The translations under genes were made by a program, and so were the position numbers. Below, piece by piece: positions 18,712 through 29,800 of a stretch of 60,268 nt of DNA (its first letter is position 1; each line of letters opens with the position of its first letter). Source of the stretch: a virus (Duplodnaviria > Caudoviricetes); IMG/VR virus record IMGVR_UViG_3300044501_000024, positions 1-60,268 of that record. One strand, 5' to 3'. The notes under the pieces are model-generated. The model was not told where the DNA came from and did no database searches. It was given only the letters and a program-made list of their open reading frames with translations.

Positions 18712-19395
18712 ATGAAACTCGCGCCCATCTCGCAAGACCTGGTGATCCCGATCACCGGCCGCTGCAACTGGCGGCCGGTTGGCGCCGTGGTCTCGGCGAT
18801 CCCCGACGTCATGTACCCGAGCGACCCGGCGGTCGTCGACGCGATCCACGAGTTCGACCCACGGGTGGTCCCGCTGACCGTCATCCGGGTGTACCGGACG
18901 CCCAGCGGCGGACGCCGGGCGTTCCGGTTCCACGCGATCGGCAGCCACGTGTGGAACCGCACCGAGATGGCTGCGCCGTGGACCAGATCAGTTCTGACCC
19001 CCACGTGGCTGGACGACCCGATGCTGAGGCCCACGCAGATGGACCTGCACCTGGAAGATCGGACCACGCGCAGGGGTGATGGGCTGCCCGGGACGTTCCT
19101 GCCGTTTGACTGGCGCGTTTACTACGGGCTGCGCTCGATGTACCAGCTGATGACGGTCAGCGAGCTACTGGCGTATCTGGACAAGCACGGGACCCCGGCG
19201 CGCGCCGAGGCCAAGATGTTGCAGGCGTCGGAACGGACAGCGGCCATCGCGAAAGCGGCGACGCCGTGGCTCAAAGCGAAACTGGAGTCGATCGCTCAGG
19301 CCGACCCAGTGAAGCTCGTGGCCCACCTGAAGGAGAGGGCGGCCGAGCGGGCGACCATGATCTTCCTGAGCAAGCAAAGGGGAATGAACGAATGA
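18712..19395 (+). CDS. Hypothetical protein
   Basis: GC3-rich ORF in the head-tail region. Confidence 0.65.
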   Translation: MKLAPISQDLVIPITGRCNWRPVGAVVSAIPDVMYPSDPAVVDAIHEFDPRVVPLTVIRVYRTPSGGRRAFRFHAIGSHVWNRTEMAAPWTRSVLTPTWLDDPMLRPTQMDLHLEDRTTRRGDGLPGTFLPFDWRVYYGLRSMYQLMTVSELLAYLDKHGTPARAEAKMLQASERTAAIAKAATPWLKAKLESIAQADPVKLVAHLKERAAERATMIFLSKQRGMNE

Positions 19396-20396
19396 GCACC
19401 ACCCTTCACCAGATGCCGCCGCCGCTACCCAGGGGAGCGGAGGCCGAGCGCCACAACCGCGGCCACCGGATCCCGGTGCGCGGCCGGTACCAGACAGAGC
19501 TGGTTTACAACGGGGCGCACATGCAGCGGTCCGTCCAGTTCAGCGGCGACATCTACGATATCCCGCCGTTCGGCACCGCCGAGATCCACCCGCATGGCAG
19601 CCCGCAGAAGGACGAAGAGAGCGGGAAGATCATCAGCGGTCCGTGGGTGATCCAGATGTCGAGCCACGAGATCGTGGACGAGCTGTGCAAGGACGAGTGC
19701 GAGGGCCGCGCGGGGCTCGTCCACATCCCGCGCGACGCGACCGACGACGAGATCGCGCGGCTCAAGGACCAGGCGAAGAACACGTGGTTCGAGTACTTCG
19801 CCACGATGAGCGAGGACGGAATCTCGGATTGGGAGGGGTTCGTCACCAGGTTCCGCGAGGCGCGGCCCGGTGACCTGCCGCCCAGGCGCCCCATGCGCAT
19901 CAACGCGTTCTACAACTTCCGACGCCTCCGGCGTTCCTCGGCCCTCGGGCGTAAGCAGTTCGTCTGCATGTACTGCGGCGGCGAGTTCGACAAGGAAGCC
20001 GAACGCCTGGAGCACATCGAGTTCGACCACCCGAACGCCCCGGAGATCCGCGAGGCCCTGGCGCCCGGCGGGCCGCCGGCCGAGAGCCCGAGAGCCGAGA
20101 GCCTCGATCAGTTCCTGGCCGGCCAGGACAAGGACGAGGCACCCGGCCCCAAGGCGCGAAGCTCGCCGCCACCGGCCACGAAGAACGAGCCGCTGACCGA
20201 CGCCGAGAAGCAGAACCGAGAGCGAGGACGCCAGTTGTTCCAGGAGGCGACCAGGCGGGTCGTCAGCCTGTCGGTGGCCGACGCCAAGGGGCTGCGGTTT
20301 GGGGACCCCGAAGTGCTACAGGACGTCGAGAGCCGTGTGGCCGCAGCCGGCCGTCTGGTGAAGCCGAGTCCGGAGAAGAAGGTCAAGGTCAAGTAG
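19392..20396 (+). CDS. Hypothetical protein with C2H2-type zinc finger
   Basis: FVCMYCGGEF...LEHIEFDH. ATGA overlap. Confidence 0.65.
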   Translation: MSTTLHQMPPPLPRGAEAERHNRGHRIPVRGRYQTELVYNGAHMQRSVQFSGDIYDIPPFGTAEIHPHGSPQKDEESGKIISGPWVIQMSSHEIVDELCKDECEGRAGLVHIPRDATDDEIARLKDQAKNTWFEYFATMSEDGISDWEGFVTRFREARPGDLPPRRPMRINAFYNFRRLRRSSALGRKQFVCMYCGGEFDKEAERLEHIEFDHPNAPEIREALAPGGPPAESPRAESLDQFLAGQDKDEAPGPKARSSPPPATKNEPLTDAEKQNRERGRQLFQEATRRVVSLSVADAKGLRFGDPEVLQDVESRVAAAGRLVKPSPEKKVKVK

Positions 20397-20412
20397 CCCG
20401 GGAGGTGCTCCG

Positions 20413-21126
20413 ATGCCGGCGTTGGCCAGCACAGCGGCCATGATCGACGCGATCATCTCGGAGCACCACCAGGTGCCTATCGAGAAGATCGGGCCGACGT
20501 ACGCTCGTCACCGCGCCAGGATCCTGCGCAACATCCAGACGGCGTCCGACGAGTGCTGGGCGATGCGTGACCTGCCGATGCGCTACTTCCGGGAGCTTGG
20601 GCTGGCGATCACCGCAGGCGACAAGGACACGGAGATCGACGCCGCCCTGAACTTCGCCAATGAGGGGCGCAACGGCTCGGTGTACATCCCGTCTCTCGAC
20701 AGGCGTCTGGCGTGGCGCCCGCTGTGGGACATCAACATCCAGCACCAGGCGCAGCCCACGGAGAGCGCGGCGCCCGTCTACTTCTCGACGTGGGCCGAGC
20801 TGGGCCAGCGGTTTCTGCGGTTCTTCCCGACCCCGGACCAGGCGTACTTGGTCGACCTGTTCTTCGAGCTGGGGCCACCGGAGCTGACGGACGACGATCC
20901 GGGGGGCATCGACGCGTGGCCCGGCCGGTGGTCAGAGCGCCTGGTGATGGTCGGGGCCATCTACTACGAGATGCAGGCGAAGGGCGACATCTCGGCCATG
21001 GTCCCACAGCGAGCGAAGTACGACGCCGCGCGCTTCGAGTTCGTGCGCGAGGAGATGCCGGGGGCGAGCGAGCAAGAGACGATGCCCAGGTACCCGGGTA
21101 GCGCCAACGTCTGGGAGATCTACTAA
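20413..21126 (+). CDS. Probable head-tail adaptor / tail tubular protein A
   Basis: Size and position. LRFFPTPDQAY motif typical of podoviral adaptors. Confidence 0.65.
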   Translation: MPALASTAAMIDAIISEHHQVPIEKIGPTYARHRARILRNIQTASDECWAMRDLPMRYFRELGLAITAGDKDTEIDAALNFANEGRNGSVYIPSLDRRLAWRPLWDINIQHQAQPTESAAPVYFSTWAELGQRFLRFFPTPDQAYLVDLFFELGPPELTDDDPGGIDAWPGRWSERLVMVGAIYYEMQAKGDISAMVPQRAKYDAARFEFVREEMPGASEQETMPRYPGSANVWEIY

Positions 21127-21127
21127 G

Positions 21128-22462
21128 GTGGCTGGCGCCCGGTGGCCGCACCAGCGCGGGCCGCAGACCGAGCCGTTTGAGCGTCGCTATGGGTACCAGG
21201 AGGTCCCCGGGCCCGGCGGCGTCAACAGCCTGAAGATCCCGACGGCGCTGGCGCCCCACGAATTCAGGGTGCTGCTGAACGCCAGGTGGGAGGGCGACTC
21301 GATCAAGCCGCGGGGCGGGATGCTGTCGATCATCCCGCAGCGCGAGGGCGAGGCGATCCATCCGTGGCAGACGTACGAGGGGAGCCCAACCAGGCTGTAC
21401 ATGCTGGGCCAGGGCTGCCCCGACGCGGACGCCGCGCTTGGGTTCTGCGTGGCGTACTACGACGAGAACCGGGTGCCGGTCGCCGGGCGTGCGACCTGGT
21501 ACAAGGACGCGGCCAACATCGGGTCGATCGGCGTGTTCGGTGGCCTCCCGCACCTTTCGGTGCAGAACGAGCTGCGGCGGTTCTACGTGACCAACCCCAA
21601 CTTCGGGGACGAGGTGCTGGGGGACGCAGGGCAGAACCTGGACGTGACGCTGGCCAAGACGACGGCCGGAGACATCATCAGGGCCCTCGTGAGTTTCACT
21701 GGGCTGTTCTTCTTGCTCACGGACAACGGGAAGATCTACGCGTGGGACGGCGTGTCGCTGCAACTCGACAAGAGCGGGGTCTCGGACCCGAAGGCCGGGA
21801 TCGTGCTGAACGGCGAGCTGATGTTCATCATCCACGACGACGGATCAGTCAGCTACCGTGTCCGTGGATCGGTGCCCGGCACGTACACGGTGGCCGCCGC
21901 CGCCGGCACCCTGCTCAAGGGGGAGCCGGCTGGCCTCGGGCCGGCAGACATCATCTCGTGGGGACCGAACGGCGGGGCGTCGTTCCGCGACGCCGTGTAC
22001 CACGCCGAGCCCAGCAACGCGGCCAACCCATTGGCCAGGATCTTCAAGATCGACACGACGGGGGCCACGGTGGCCCACACGATCAACGGCGTGGGAGCCG
22101 GCACCCGGTGCAAGACGCTCGTCAACTACCCGGGCCAAGGCCTGTTCTACGCGTGGGGCGAGGTCGACTGGTTGGATCCGGACGCCACGAGCGACCCGAA
22201 GATCGGGTTCTACGACGGGACGATGTGGACCGACAATTTCAACGACTTCGACGACAACGCGCCCCCACCGCCGCTCTTGCCAGAGGTCAGCCAGGCGATC
22301 GACGCCCTGCTGTTCTACCGCAACCGGATGGCTGTGCTCCCCGGGATGTTCCCGTACGTGAGCAACGACCTGCTGATCGCGAACCCCAACACCTGGCGGA
22401 TGCTCGCGGACAGCGACGACGGCTGGCGATTTACGTTCGTGAGGCACGCTCTGGTCTTCTGA
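21128..22462 (+). CDS. Putative tail (nozzle-like, beta-rich) protein
   Basis: GVNS...NARWEGDSIKPRGG N-terminus resembling P22 gp10-like proteins. Confidence 0.55.
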   Translation: MAGARWPHQRGPQTEPFERRYGYQEVPGPGGVNSLKIPTALAPHEFRVLLNARWEGDSIKPRGGMLSIIPQREGEAIHPWQTYEGSPTRLYMLGQGCPDADAALGFCVAYYDENRVPVAGRATWYKDAANIGSIGVFGGLPHLSVQNELRRFYVTNPNFGDEVLGDAGQNLDVTLAKTTAGDIIRALVSFTGLFFLLTDNGKIYAWDGVSLQLDKSGVSDPKAGIVLNGELMFIIHDDGSVSYRVRGSVPGTYTVAAAAGTLLKGEPAGLGPADIISWGPNGGASFRDAVYHAEPSNAANPLARIFKIDTTGATVAHTINGVGAGTRCKTLVNYPGQGLFYAWGEVDWLDPDATSDPKIGFYDGTMWTDNFNDFDDNAPPPPLLPEVSQAIDALLFYRNRMAVLPGMFPYVSNDLLIANPNTWRMLADSDDGWRFTFVRHALVF

Positions 22463-24234
22463 TGCGGATTCTGCTGACGCACACGCCGCAGACGTTTATC
22501 TCCACCCTCGGGCCGTCCGCCGGAAGCCCAGTGACCATCGGCCAGGGGGTAAGCCTGCTGTGGCTGGGCTCGAAGTCCAGGGGTCACGTGTACGACGCCG
22601 AAGAGATCTTCACGATCAAGATCCCTACCGGGGTGAGCGGAGTGCGCTTCCGCCCTGGGTGGTCCAACGACAACCGGTTCGGAAAGAGCCGGGCGTACGG
22701 CGTCGGGGCCACCAGCTCGAACGTCGTGGTCGACGAGCATCTTAGGTGCAACAAGCAGGGAATCCAGCCGCCATACGTCTTGCCCTCGGTCTCGGCCACC
22801 GGCAGCGGCCTGATCAACGGGCCGTTCACCACCTACCTACGGTGGTTCGACGCATTCGGCAACCGCTTCTCTTCGTTGAGCGCCCCGGGCCCGCTGGTGA
22901 CCGCCGTCGACCAGAACTTTCAGTGGTCCAACCTGCCGACCGATCCGCTGGACGACAGCGTGACGCACATCCAGGGGCTGCGCGATGACGGAAGCGGCGT
23001 CGCCAGAGTCGCGTGGACCAGGGAACTCGGGGTGACCAGCGTGCTCGACACGGTGGAGACCCTGGCGCTTGGCGAGGCCGCGCCACCGCTGTTCGTGCCG
23101 ATGCCGCGCGGCAAGCGCAACATGATCTACCACGATCAGCAGTACGTGCTGGGCAGCGACCAGTTTCCGGAGCGCGTGTTCGTCTCGCCGCCGGGCCGCC
23201 TTGAGGACTTCGAGGGCACGTTCGTGGCGACCGACGGCGAGCCGGCGGTCGGCTTGTTCCAGGCGAACGACGTGGCGATCTTCGGGTCGTTCGAGAAACT
23301 GTATCGGGTGCAGGCGTTCAGCGCCCTTGACTTCAGCCGGGTGATCGAACGACCGGACGCCGGGCTGACGGGGCCCGACGGCGTGGCGAATGCCCATGGC
23401 CGGGCGATCGTCCCGCTGAGCACCGGGATCTACCTGTTTGACGGCACGTGGCACCCGATCCTTCACGAGCGCGAAGAGGAGTGGCGCGAAGAGCTGAAGA
23501 AGTACCAGAGCGAATACTTCCAGGCCCAGGGGTTCTTCGACCAGGTGGAGAACGTCTACACGTTTGGCCCCGTGCCACACTCGAAGCTCGGAGACCGTGT
23601 GTGGTGGGTGCTCCACTGCATGGACCTGTTCCCGGAGGTCGGTGGCGGTGCGTACAACGCGCCGTGGGCCAACGATCAGCGCGGTCGCCCGATGACGACG
23701 AAGGGCGAGTGGCAGGTCCCGCAGTCTCCGGAGACCATCGTGGTCCATGGGGACACGGACGGCGGGCTGTTCGAGGAGAACGTCGAGGACAACTTGGACG
23801 ACCTTGAGGAGTTCAAGCGGCTGATCATTGAGCCGGGGTCGGTGATGCCGGCGCCCGGCGGCACGCCGACCGACGGCAACACGTTCCAGAAGCTTTGGGT
23901 GTACTGCTACTTCGATGACGAGCAGCCTGAGGCCAGCGACGTCAATCTGGAGATGTACTCGGGGGGCGAGTTGCAGCACGAGCACCTGGATTCGGAGCCC
24001 GAGCCGGATCCGACGATGACCGACACGCTGCTCCCCAGGCAGTTCAATGCGCTTGCCGGGACCAGCGAAGAACCCTTGACAAGACAACACGTTGTGTTGG
24101 AAGGTATGGCGGGGGACGCGTTGAGAATCAGGCTGATCGCCGATAGGCCCCCGGCCACCCTGCGGTGGCGCGGGTTCGGCGGCACGTACAGCCCAGGGAC
24201 CCAGGTCTTCACGTCGCCGCCGCCCCCGGTGTGA
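22462..24234 (+). CDS. Putative tail nozzle / tubular protein B
   Basis: True start is the ATG at 22462 (TGATG overlap). Beta-propeller-like PERVFVS and GIYLFDG segments. Confidence 0.6.
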   Translation: MRILLTHTPQTFISTLGPSAGSPVTIGQGVSLLWLGSKSRGHVYDAEEIFTIKIPTGVSGVRFRPGWSNDNRFGKSRAYGVGATSSNVVVDEHLRCNKQGIQPPYVLPSVSATGSGLINGPFTTYLRWFDAFGNRFSSLSAPGPLVTAVDQNFQWSNLPTDPLDDSVTHIQGLRDDGSGVARVAWTRELGVTSVLDTVETLALGEAAPPLFVPMPRGKRNMIYHDQQYVLGSDQFPERVFVSPPGRLEDFEGTFVATDGEPAVGLFQANDVAIFGSFEKLYRVQAFSALDFSRVIERPDAGLTGPDGVANAHGRAIVPLSTGIYLFDGTWHPILHEREEEWREELKKYQSEYFQAQGFFDQVENVYTFGPVPHSKLGDRVWWVLHCMDLFPEVGGGAYNAPWANDQRGRPMTTKGEWQVPQSPETIVVHGDTDGGLFEENVEDNLDDLEEFKRLIIEPGSVMPAPGGTPTDGNTFQKLWVYCYFDDEQPEASDVNLEMYSGGELQHEHLDSEPEPDPTMTDTLLPRQFNALAGTSEEPLTRQHVVLEGMAGDALRIRLIADRPPATLRWRGFGGTYSPGTQVFTSPPPPV

Positions 24235-24243
24235 GGTGATCTG

Positions 24244-24990
24244 ATGCCCCCGATGAAGCCTCCGACCCCCAGGGAGCGGGCAGCCGCCGGCCGCGCCCAG
24301 CGGATGACCAACACGCTGACGCCGATCGACCCGCGGCGGTCGACGGAGCCGGCCGGTGGCTGGGCGCGCACCCCGGTCCGGCGCCCGGGCCAGGGCATGG
24401 GCCCGACCCCGGAGATCGCTGGCCAGGGAGGCGGCGCGGGGATCGGCGAGGGCGGGAGCGCGGGGAGCGCGGCGGTCGGCGGCCTGATCCCGGGGTTCGC
24501 GCCACCGCAGTTCACGGAGATCGCGACGCAGAGCGATCCGCGCTTGGAGAGGCAGGCGGCGAGAATCGAGGGCCGCCAGGATCAGTGGGCTGACCTGACC
24601 GGTAGGCAGACCGAGGCGGCGGCCAGCAAGCGTCGGGCGCTGACCGAGGGCCAGGTAGCGGCGCTCGGCGCTTCTGGCGTCTCCAGCATCCCGGGGATGG
24701 GGCGCGCGGCGCTGGAGCGCCAAGAGGCCTCGGACATCACGGGGCTCACCCGCGACATCTCGCTGGGCCGCGAGGAGGATCTGGACAAGTACACGCTGGA
24801 GGCGATGGGCGCGCTGGGGGCCCCGGGAGAAGCGAGACGCGCGGAGCGCGGGCAGGCGATGAGCGCGTACGACCGACAGCTCGCTGCGTGGGACGCCGCG
24901 GTCAAGGCGCAGTTGGAACGTGAGCGCATGAGCTACGAGCAGTTGAACGCGCAACTCATGGCGCTGAACCAGGCGCTGAGCCTCGCTTGA
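24244..24990 (+). CDS. Putative internal virion/ejection protein
   Basis: Ala/Gly/Gln-rich helical protein after the tail genes. Confidence 0.55.
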   Translation: MPPMKPPTPRERAAAGRAQRMTNTLTPIDPRRSTEPAGGWARTPVRRPGQGMGPTPEIAGQGGGAGIGEGGSAGSAAVGGLIPGFAPPQFTEIATQSDPRLERQAARIEGRQDQWADLTGRQTEAAASKRRALTEGQVAALGASGVSSIPGMGRAALERQEASDITGLTRDISLGREEDLDKYTLEAMGALGAPGEARRAERGQAMSAYDRQLAAWDAAVKAQLERERMSYEQLNAQLMALNQALSLA

Positions 24991-25003
24991 GGGGGAGGGC
25001 ACG

Positions 25004-25627
25004 ATGCCGGTAGGCAGGCTGGAAACCGGGTATACGGACGGCGGCTCGTTCTACCGCGGCCCGGAGTCCGGCGGCGCGCCGGCCGCGGTCGGCGGCGATG
25101 GGCTGTTCGGGTCCGGGGCCTTCGGCCGGCTTCTCAGGAAGCGGCTGGCCGACCGCGAGAAGCTGGAGGCCGAGAGGCTGGCGCAGGAGCGGATGCGAAC
25201 CAAGGCCATGAGCCGAGAGTCGCGCGCCGGTGAGCTGGGGTCGACAGACCGGCTCTCCGATCAGGTGCGAATGGCAGAGGGCCGCGCGGCGATCGCCAAG
25301 GCGAACGTCGTGGGTGGACGTTCGCCGAAGACCCTGAAGACGATCGGCGGGGCCACCGGCTACTTCGAGGACCCGATGACGATGAGCGGCGCGGAGCGCG
25401 AGCAGTTCGCTCCGAAGAACGTGCAAATGGCGTTCGGCCCCGAGCAGGTGGCGGGCGCCGAGACGAAGGCGAAGGGCGAAGAGGCGTGGATGCAGGGCAT
25501 GGGCCGGCAACGGCGACGGGCGCTCGCCGGGGGCACCGGGCGCTTCGACGAGCCCGAGCAGATGGTGACCGGCGAGGAGTTCGGGCCGGAGGGCCAGGTC
25601 AGGCGTCGGTCCTACGGCTACGCGTAG
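25004..25627 (+). CDS. Putative internal virion/ejection protein
   Basis: Position, RBS and composition. Confidence 0.55.
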   Translation: MPVGRLETGYTDGGSFYRGPESGGAPAAVGGDGLFGSGAFGRLLRKRLADREKLEAERLAQERMRTKAMSRESRAGELGSTDRLSDQVRMAEGRAAIAKANVVGGRSPKTLKTIGGATGYFEDPMTMSGAEREQFAPKNVQMAFGPEQVAGAETKAKGEEAWMQGMGRQRRRALAGGTGRFDEPEQMVTGEEFGPEGQVRRRSYGYA

Positions 25628-25640
25628 GAAGGAGGCTGCG

Positions 25641-26801
25641 GTGGGCACCCAGCTATATCGCAACCTGATCGAAGCCCAGCATCGGCGTCGGGCGATCGAA
25701 GAGGAAGAGGGTCCGGCGATCGGCGAGTACGGAGAGTTCACGCCGAGCGAGGGGCCTATCGCGACTCGCGCGCGGGCCGAAGAGCGGGGCGCGGGGGAAG
25801 CGCTGCGCTCCAGGTCGCGGTACGTGGAGTCCGAGATCGCGCGTCGCGGGGCTGGGAAGAAGACCAGCGAGCAGATGTCTCGGTACTGGCCGGCCGGCGA
25901 GGCCACCGGCGGTTCGCAGCCGGGCGAGGTGCAGGCGAAGGCCGCGGGGATCGTCGGCGGCCAACAGGCGCGCCAGGCGGACGAGGCGGCCACCGGCAAG
26001 GCCTCTGAGGCGCCGAAGGGAGACGAGCGGATCGTGCTTGGCCGCTGGGGGAAGATCGCGCCAGGCGACTACAACCGCCTGGTGTCCGGCGAAGCCCAGA
26101 GGCTCATGGGGGCCCCCGGTTACGAGTCGGCGGTCGCCGGCGTCCGTGGCCGCGCGTTCGCCCCGGAGATCGAGGGCGAAGGCTGGTCGCCGGAGAACGA
26201 GGCGGCCAGCGAGCGGCTCAACGCGTCGATGAGCGCGGCCGAAGGGCCGTGGGGCGGGGCCGGAGAGCGGATGATGGGCCGGGTGCCACGCGGGTCGCAG
26301 GCCGACATCGGGAGTCGGTTGCAGTTGGAGGACGTGCATCGTCAGCAGCGGGCCTCGGAGCTGGAGTCCGGCGCCCAGGACGTCGAGGCGCTGAAGCAGG
26401 CGGCGACCACGAAGCAGCTCGAAGAGCTGATGAAGATGCCGACCGACCAGGCGCGCGAGTTGCAAAGGTCGGAGCGCGTGTCTCAGGCCCAACAGCGGTA
26501 CCAGTCGCGGCTCGACGAGTTGTCCAAGAAGTACTCCAACTACCAGCGGTTCGCCGGCCAGACTCCGGGGAAGCGCGGTCAGCCTGTGGGCGAGAGCGAA
26601 GACTCGATCGACCAGGTCACGCTCAAGGAAGAGCAGACGAGGGCGCTACAAGACCTGATGCTCGCCATGTACGCGATCGACCGGCAGCCGCAGATCCTCC
26701 AGGCGCTGGCCGGGCTCAAGGTCGACCCTCGGCTGATCGAGCAGGCGGCCATGGCCCAGGCGATGCAGCCCCAGGCGACGAGGACGGCCGAAGGCGAGTA
26801 G
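25641..26801 (+). CDS. Putative internal virion/ejection protein
   Basis: Position, GGAGG RBS, helical Ala/Glu/Gln-rich. Confidence 0.55.
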   Translation: MGTQLYRNLIEAQHRRRAIEEEEGPAIGEYGEFTPSEGPIATRARAEERGAGEALRSRSRYVESEIARRGAGKKTSEQMSRYWPAGEATGGSQPGEVQAKAAGIVGGQQARQADEAATGKASEAPKGDERIVLGRWGKIAPGDYNRLVSGEAQRLMGAPGYESAVAGVRGRAFAPEIEGEGWSPENEAASERLNASMSAAEGPWGGAGERMMGRVPRGSQADIGSRLQLEDVHRQQRASELESGAQDVEALKQAATTKQLEELMKMPTDQARELQRSERVSQAQQRYQSRLDELSKKYSNYQRFAGQTPGKRGQPVGESEDSIDQVTLKEEQTRALQDLMLAMYAIDRQPQILQALAGLKVDPRLIEQAAMAQAMQPQATRTAEGE

Positions 26802-26810
26802 GGGAGGCTG

Positions 26811-29800
26811 ATGGGTCTCCTCGACTGGTTCCAGAGCCCGCCAAGGGACACCACCGACAGCTACGGACGGGCGATCGAGGGAGAAGGCTCTCAGCTCCAG
26901 GACGACGTCTGGGGCAGCGTGAAGTCCGCGTGGGACCGGATCAGGCCGGTGCGCGACGTGGCGTTCGCGCCGTTCGCCATCGGCGACATGCTGATGGGCC
27001 AGTACACGGCCTGGGCCGGGGGCGATGCTGGGCGCCAAGCCTACCGGACGGCGTGGGACCGCAAGCGCTCGGAGATCGAGCAGGCCGAGGGCGCCGAGCA
27101 CTTCGCCGGGCCGCTGGGCGCGCTGCGCGAGATCGAGGCGGCCCCGGGGCTCGGCGACGTGCTGGCCGAAGTCGCGGTGCCCGGAGACGATCCGAGCTAC
27201 ACCGAAGTCCAGCGGTTCGTGAAGCGGTCGACCGCGATGGTCGGCAACATGTTCACGAACCCGGTGAACCTTGTGGGAGGCGGCGTCGCCAAAGGCGCCC
27301 AGGCCTGGGACCGCGCGATGCGCGCGCCGTCCATCGGCTCGCGGGCCGCGGCCATGGCCGAGAGCGTAGCCAACATGTACGGGTCGGCGATTCCGGTAGC
27401 CGCCTACGCCCCGGAGATCGCGGGGCAGGTGGTGGGCGGCGCCCAGACCGGGTACCAGGGGCTGCAAGAGGGGGACACCGACAAGGCGGTAGCCGGGTTC
27501 GGCGAGGCGGTGCTCGGCGCGACGCTCGCCGGCCTCGGGGTGAAGGGCGCGCTCCACGAGGCGAAGGCCGTCCGCGAGTACCGCGGCCTCCGGCGGATGT
27601 CGGACATCGAGGTGGCGATCCGCCAGGAGGCGCTGGCCGAACGGTTCATGGATGGCGACCACACGGTGGCCCCGGAACTGGACATCGCGAACAGCGAGCT
27701 GAAGTCTCGGGCCGGCGATCGACAGATGGACGAGGACCTGGGGCTGGCCATCGCGGCGCGCGACGAGCAGCTGGCGGCCGGCGAGCAGGCCTCGGCCGAG
27801 ACCCTGGCACTGGCCAGGCAGGTGACGCGCGAGACGCGGCCAGAGCCGACGACCGGGGATCTGGTGGACCGGCGGCTGGCAGCCCTTCGTCGGCGGGCGA
27901 CGGAGGCGCCGCGCGTCGAAGAGCCGCGAGCCGCGTACGAGACGGTGGTCGATCGTGAGGCAGGGGAGGCGGCGACGGCCCCGGGCAAGCCCCAGCCGAC
28001 GGCGGCGGCGCTCGAAGCCGGTCGCTACGAAAAGGGGAAGACCGAGGTCAGCGGTCTGCCGATCGCCATCGAGAATCCCGTGGGCAGTGTACGGCGCGGT
28101 CGGGACGAGACGGGACGCGAGTGGGCGACGAGGCTGAAGGCGCACTACGGATACATCGAGGGGGTCAAGGGCAAGGACAAAGATCAGCTCGACGTGTTCG
28201 TGCGCCCCGGGCTGGAGCCGGAGCACGAGGGCCCGGTGTACGTCGTGAACCAGCGGAAGGCCGATGGGTCGTTCGACGAGCACAAGGTGATGTTGGGCTG
28301 GGGGTCCAAGGACGAGGTGCGCGACGCGTACCTCGCGAACTACGACGAGCGTGGGCCGCAGCTCATCCAGTCGATCGCCGAGTTCGGGAGCCCCGAGGCG
28401 TTCAAGGCCTGGATGAAGACGGAGGGCGCGCTCAAGAAGCCGGCGCCCACCGCGGCCCGCGCCAGCGTCGAGGAGCCGATCGTGCTGCCAGAGGGCTTCA
28501 AGCCGACGGAGCACCCGGCTCCGGAGATGGGGCGGCTGCCGTTGGACACGGTGCCCGAACGCCAGAGGACGGCCGCCAGGAAGGCGGCGCAAGCCGTGTC
28601 CAGGGAGATCCAGAAGGGGCGCGGCGGCCCCGAGGAGACGGCCCGGGCCATGGCCAAGCTGCCGGAGGGCCTGCGGCCGTACGCGGACCAGATCCGGAGC
28701 CACGCGGTGCAGGACGCATCCGGGCGGATCCAGGGAGCGGAGTTGCTGGAGACGTTGCGCAGCAACTACGGGGACAGGGGTGCGGACGGAGTGGCGGTCG
28801 CCAGGTCGCCGAGCCATCCGGAGTCGTACGACGTGATCAACAGGCAAGACGGGAAGATCGTGGCTGGGGCGCAGGTTACCGGTGGCCGTGTGACCATGCT
28901 CTCCGGCTCTCGCGAGACGATCGACGCGGTGGACAACGCGCTTGACTCCTTGGGCGCGAAGAGGGACACTAACCTGACAGTCCTCGGTGCCGAACGGCGA
29001 CGCCAGAGGCTGGCGAAGATCAGGGAGGCTGAGAGTGCCAAGGAATTGGGACGACCCGGTGAAAGACTTGGTGGACCCGCTGTTGGAGCGGCTGCGGAAC
29101 CCGAACCTGGACCCGGAGTTCCGCGCGGCGCTCCAGGCCGGGGTCGACCGGCTGAACTCGTTCCGGAACCTGCCGAAGCCGCTGGGGCCCCAGCAGAACC
29201 AGCGGTCGCCGCAGAACCGGCCGCCGCCGAGCCATCGGCCGAGCGGCCAGTAGCACCCATCCGGGCCGCACAGCGCGTCGCCGAGCCGACGACCGAGTAC
29301 GGCGCAGGGAGGCCTGAGCCGCCGCCGGCCGACCCCTTCTACTCCCAACTGAAGCGGACGGCCGAGAAGATCCCGCAGGCGATGAGCGGCAACGACATGC
29401 TGCGCTACCTGAGCGACCCCAAACGCGGGATCAAGGTTGACGAGCTGAAGTGGACGGGTCTCGACGACTTCCTCCGGGGCCGGCCGCGGGCGACCAGGGA
29501 AGAGGTGCAGCAGTTCCTCGCCGAGAACGAGGTGCGGATCGGGGAAAAGGTATTGGGTGGGCAGGGCCTGGAGCCGGGGTGGGAGATCGTCGAGAACGAA
29601 GTAGGCAAATTCAACCTCCGGCGCCCTGACGGCGGGCTGGAGCTGGACAATCAAGGGCAGCCAGCGGTCTGGTCACAGTACCCGGGAGCGCAGAACGCTC
29701 TGGAGTCAAGGGCCCGCAAAGCAGACCCAAAGTTCTCGGCGTACAGGGCGCTCCCCGGGGGCGAGAACTACCGGGAGGTCGTGGTGTCCCTGCCCGGGGT

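Noticed and set aside
21286-22461. N-terminal extension of the 982-aa ORF in the track
   Set aside because: Off-frame overlap with 21128-22462. The real start is 22462.
26646-29654. 1002-aa antisense ORF (and similar long ones at 558-2081, 17341-18948, 22837-25002, 35091-36710)
   Set aside because: Shadow ORFs expected opposite GC3-rich genes. They have no motifs or RBS.
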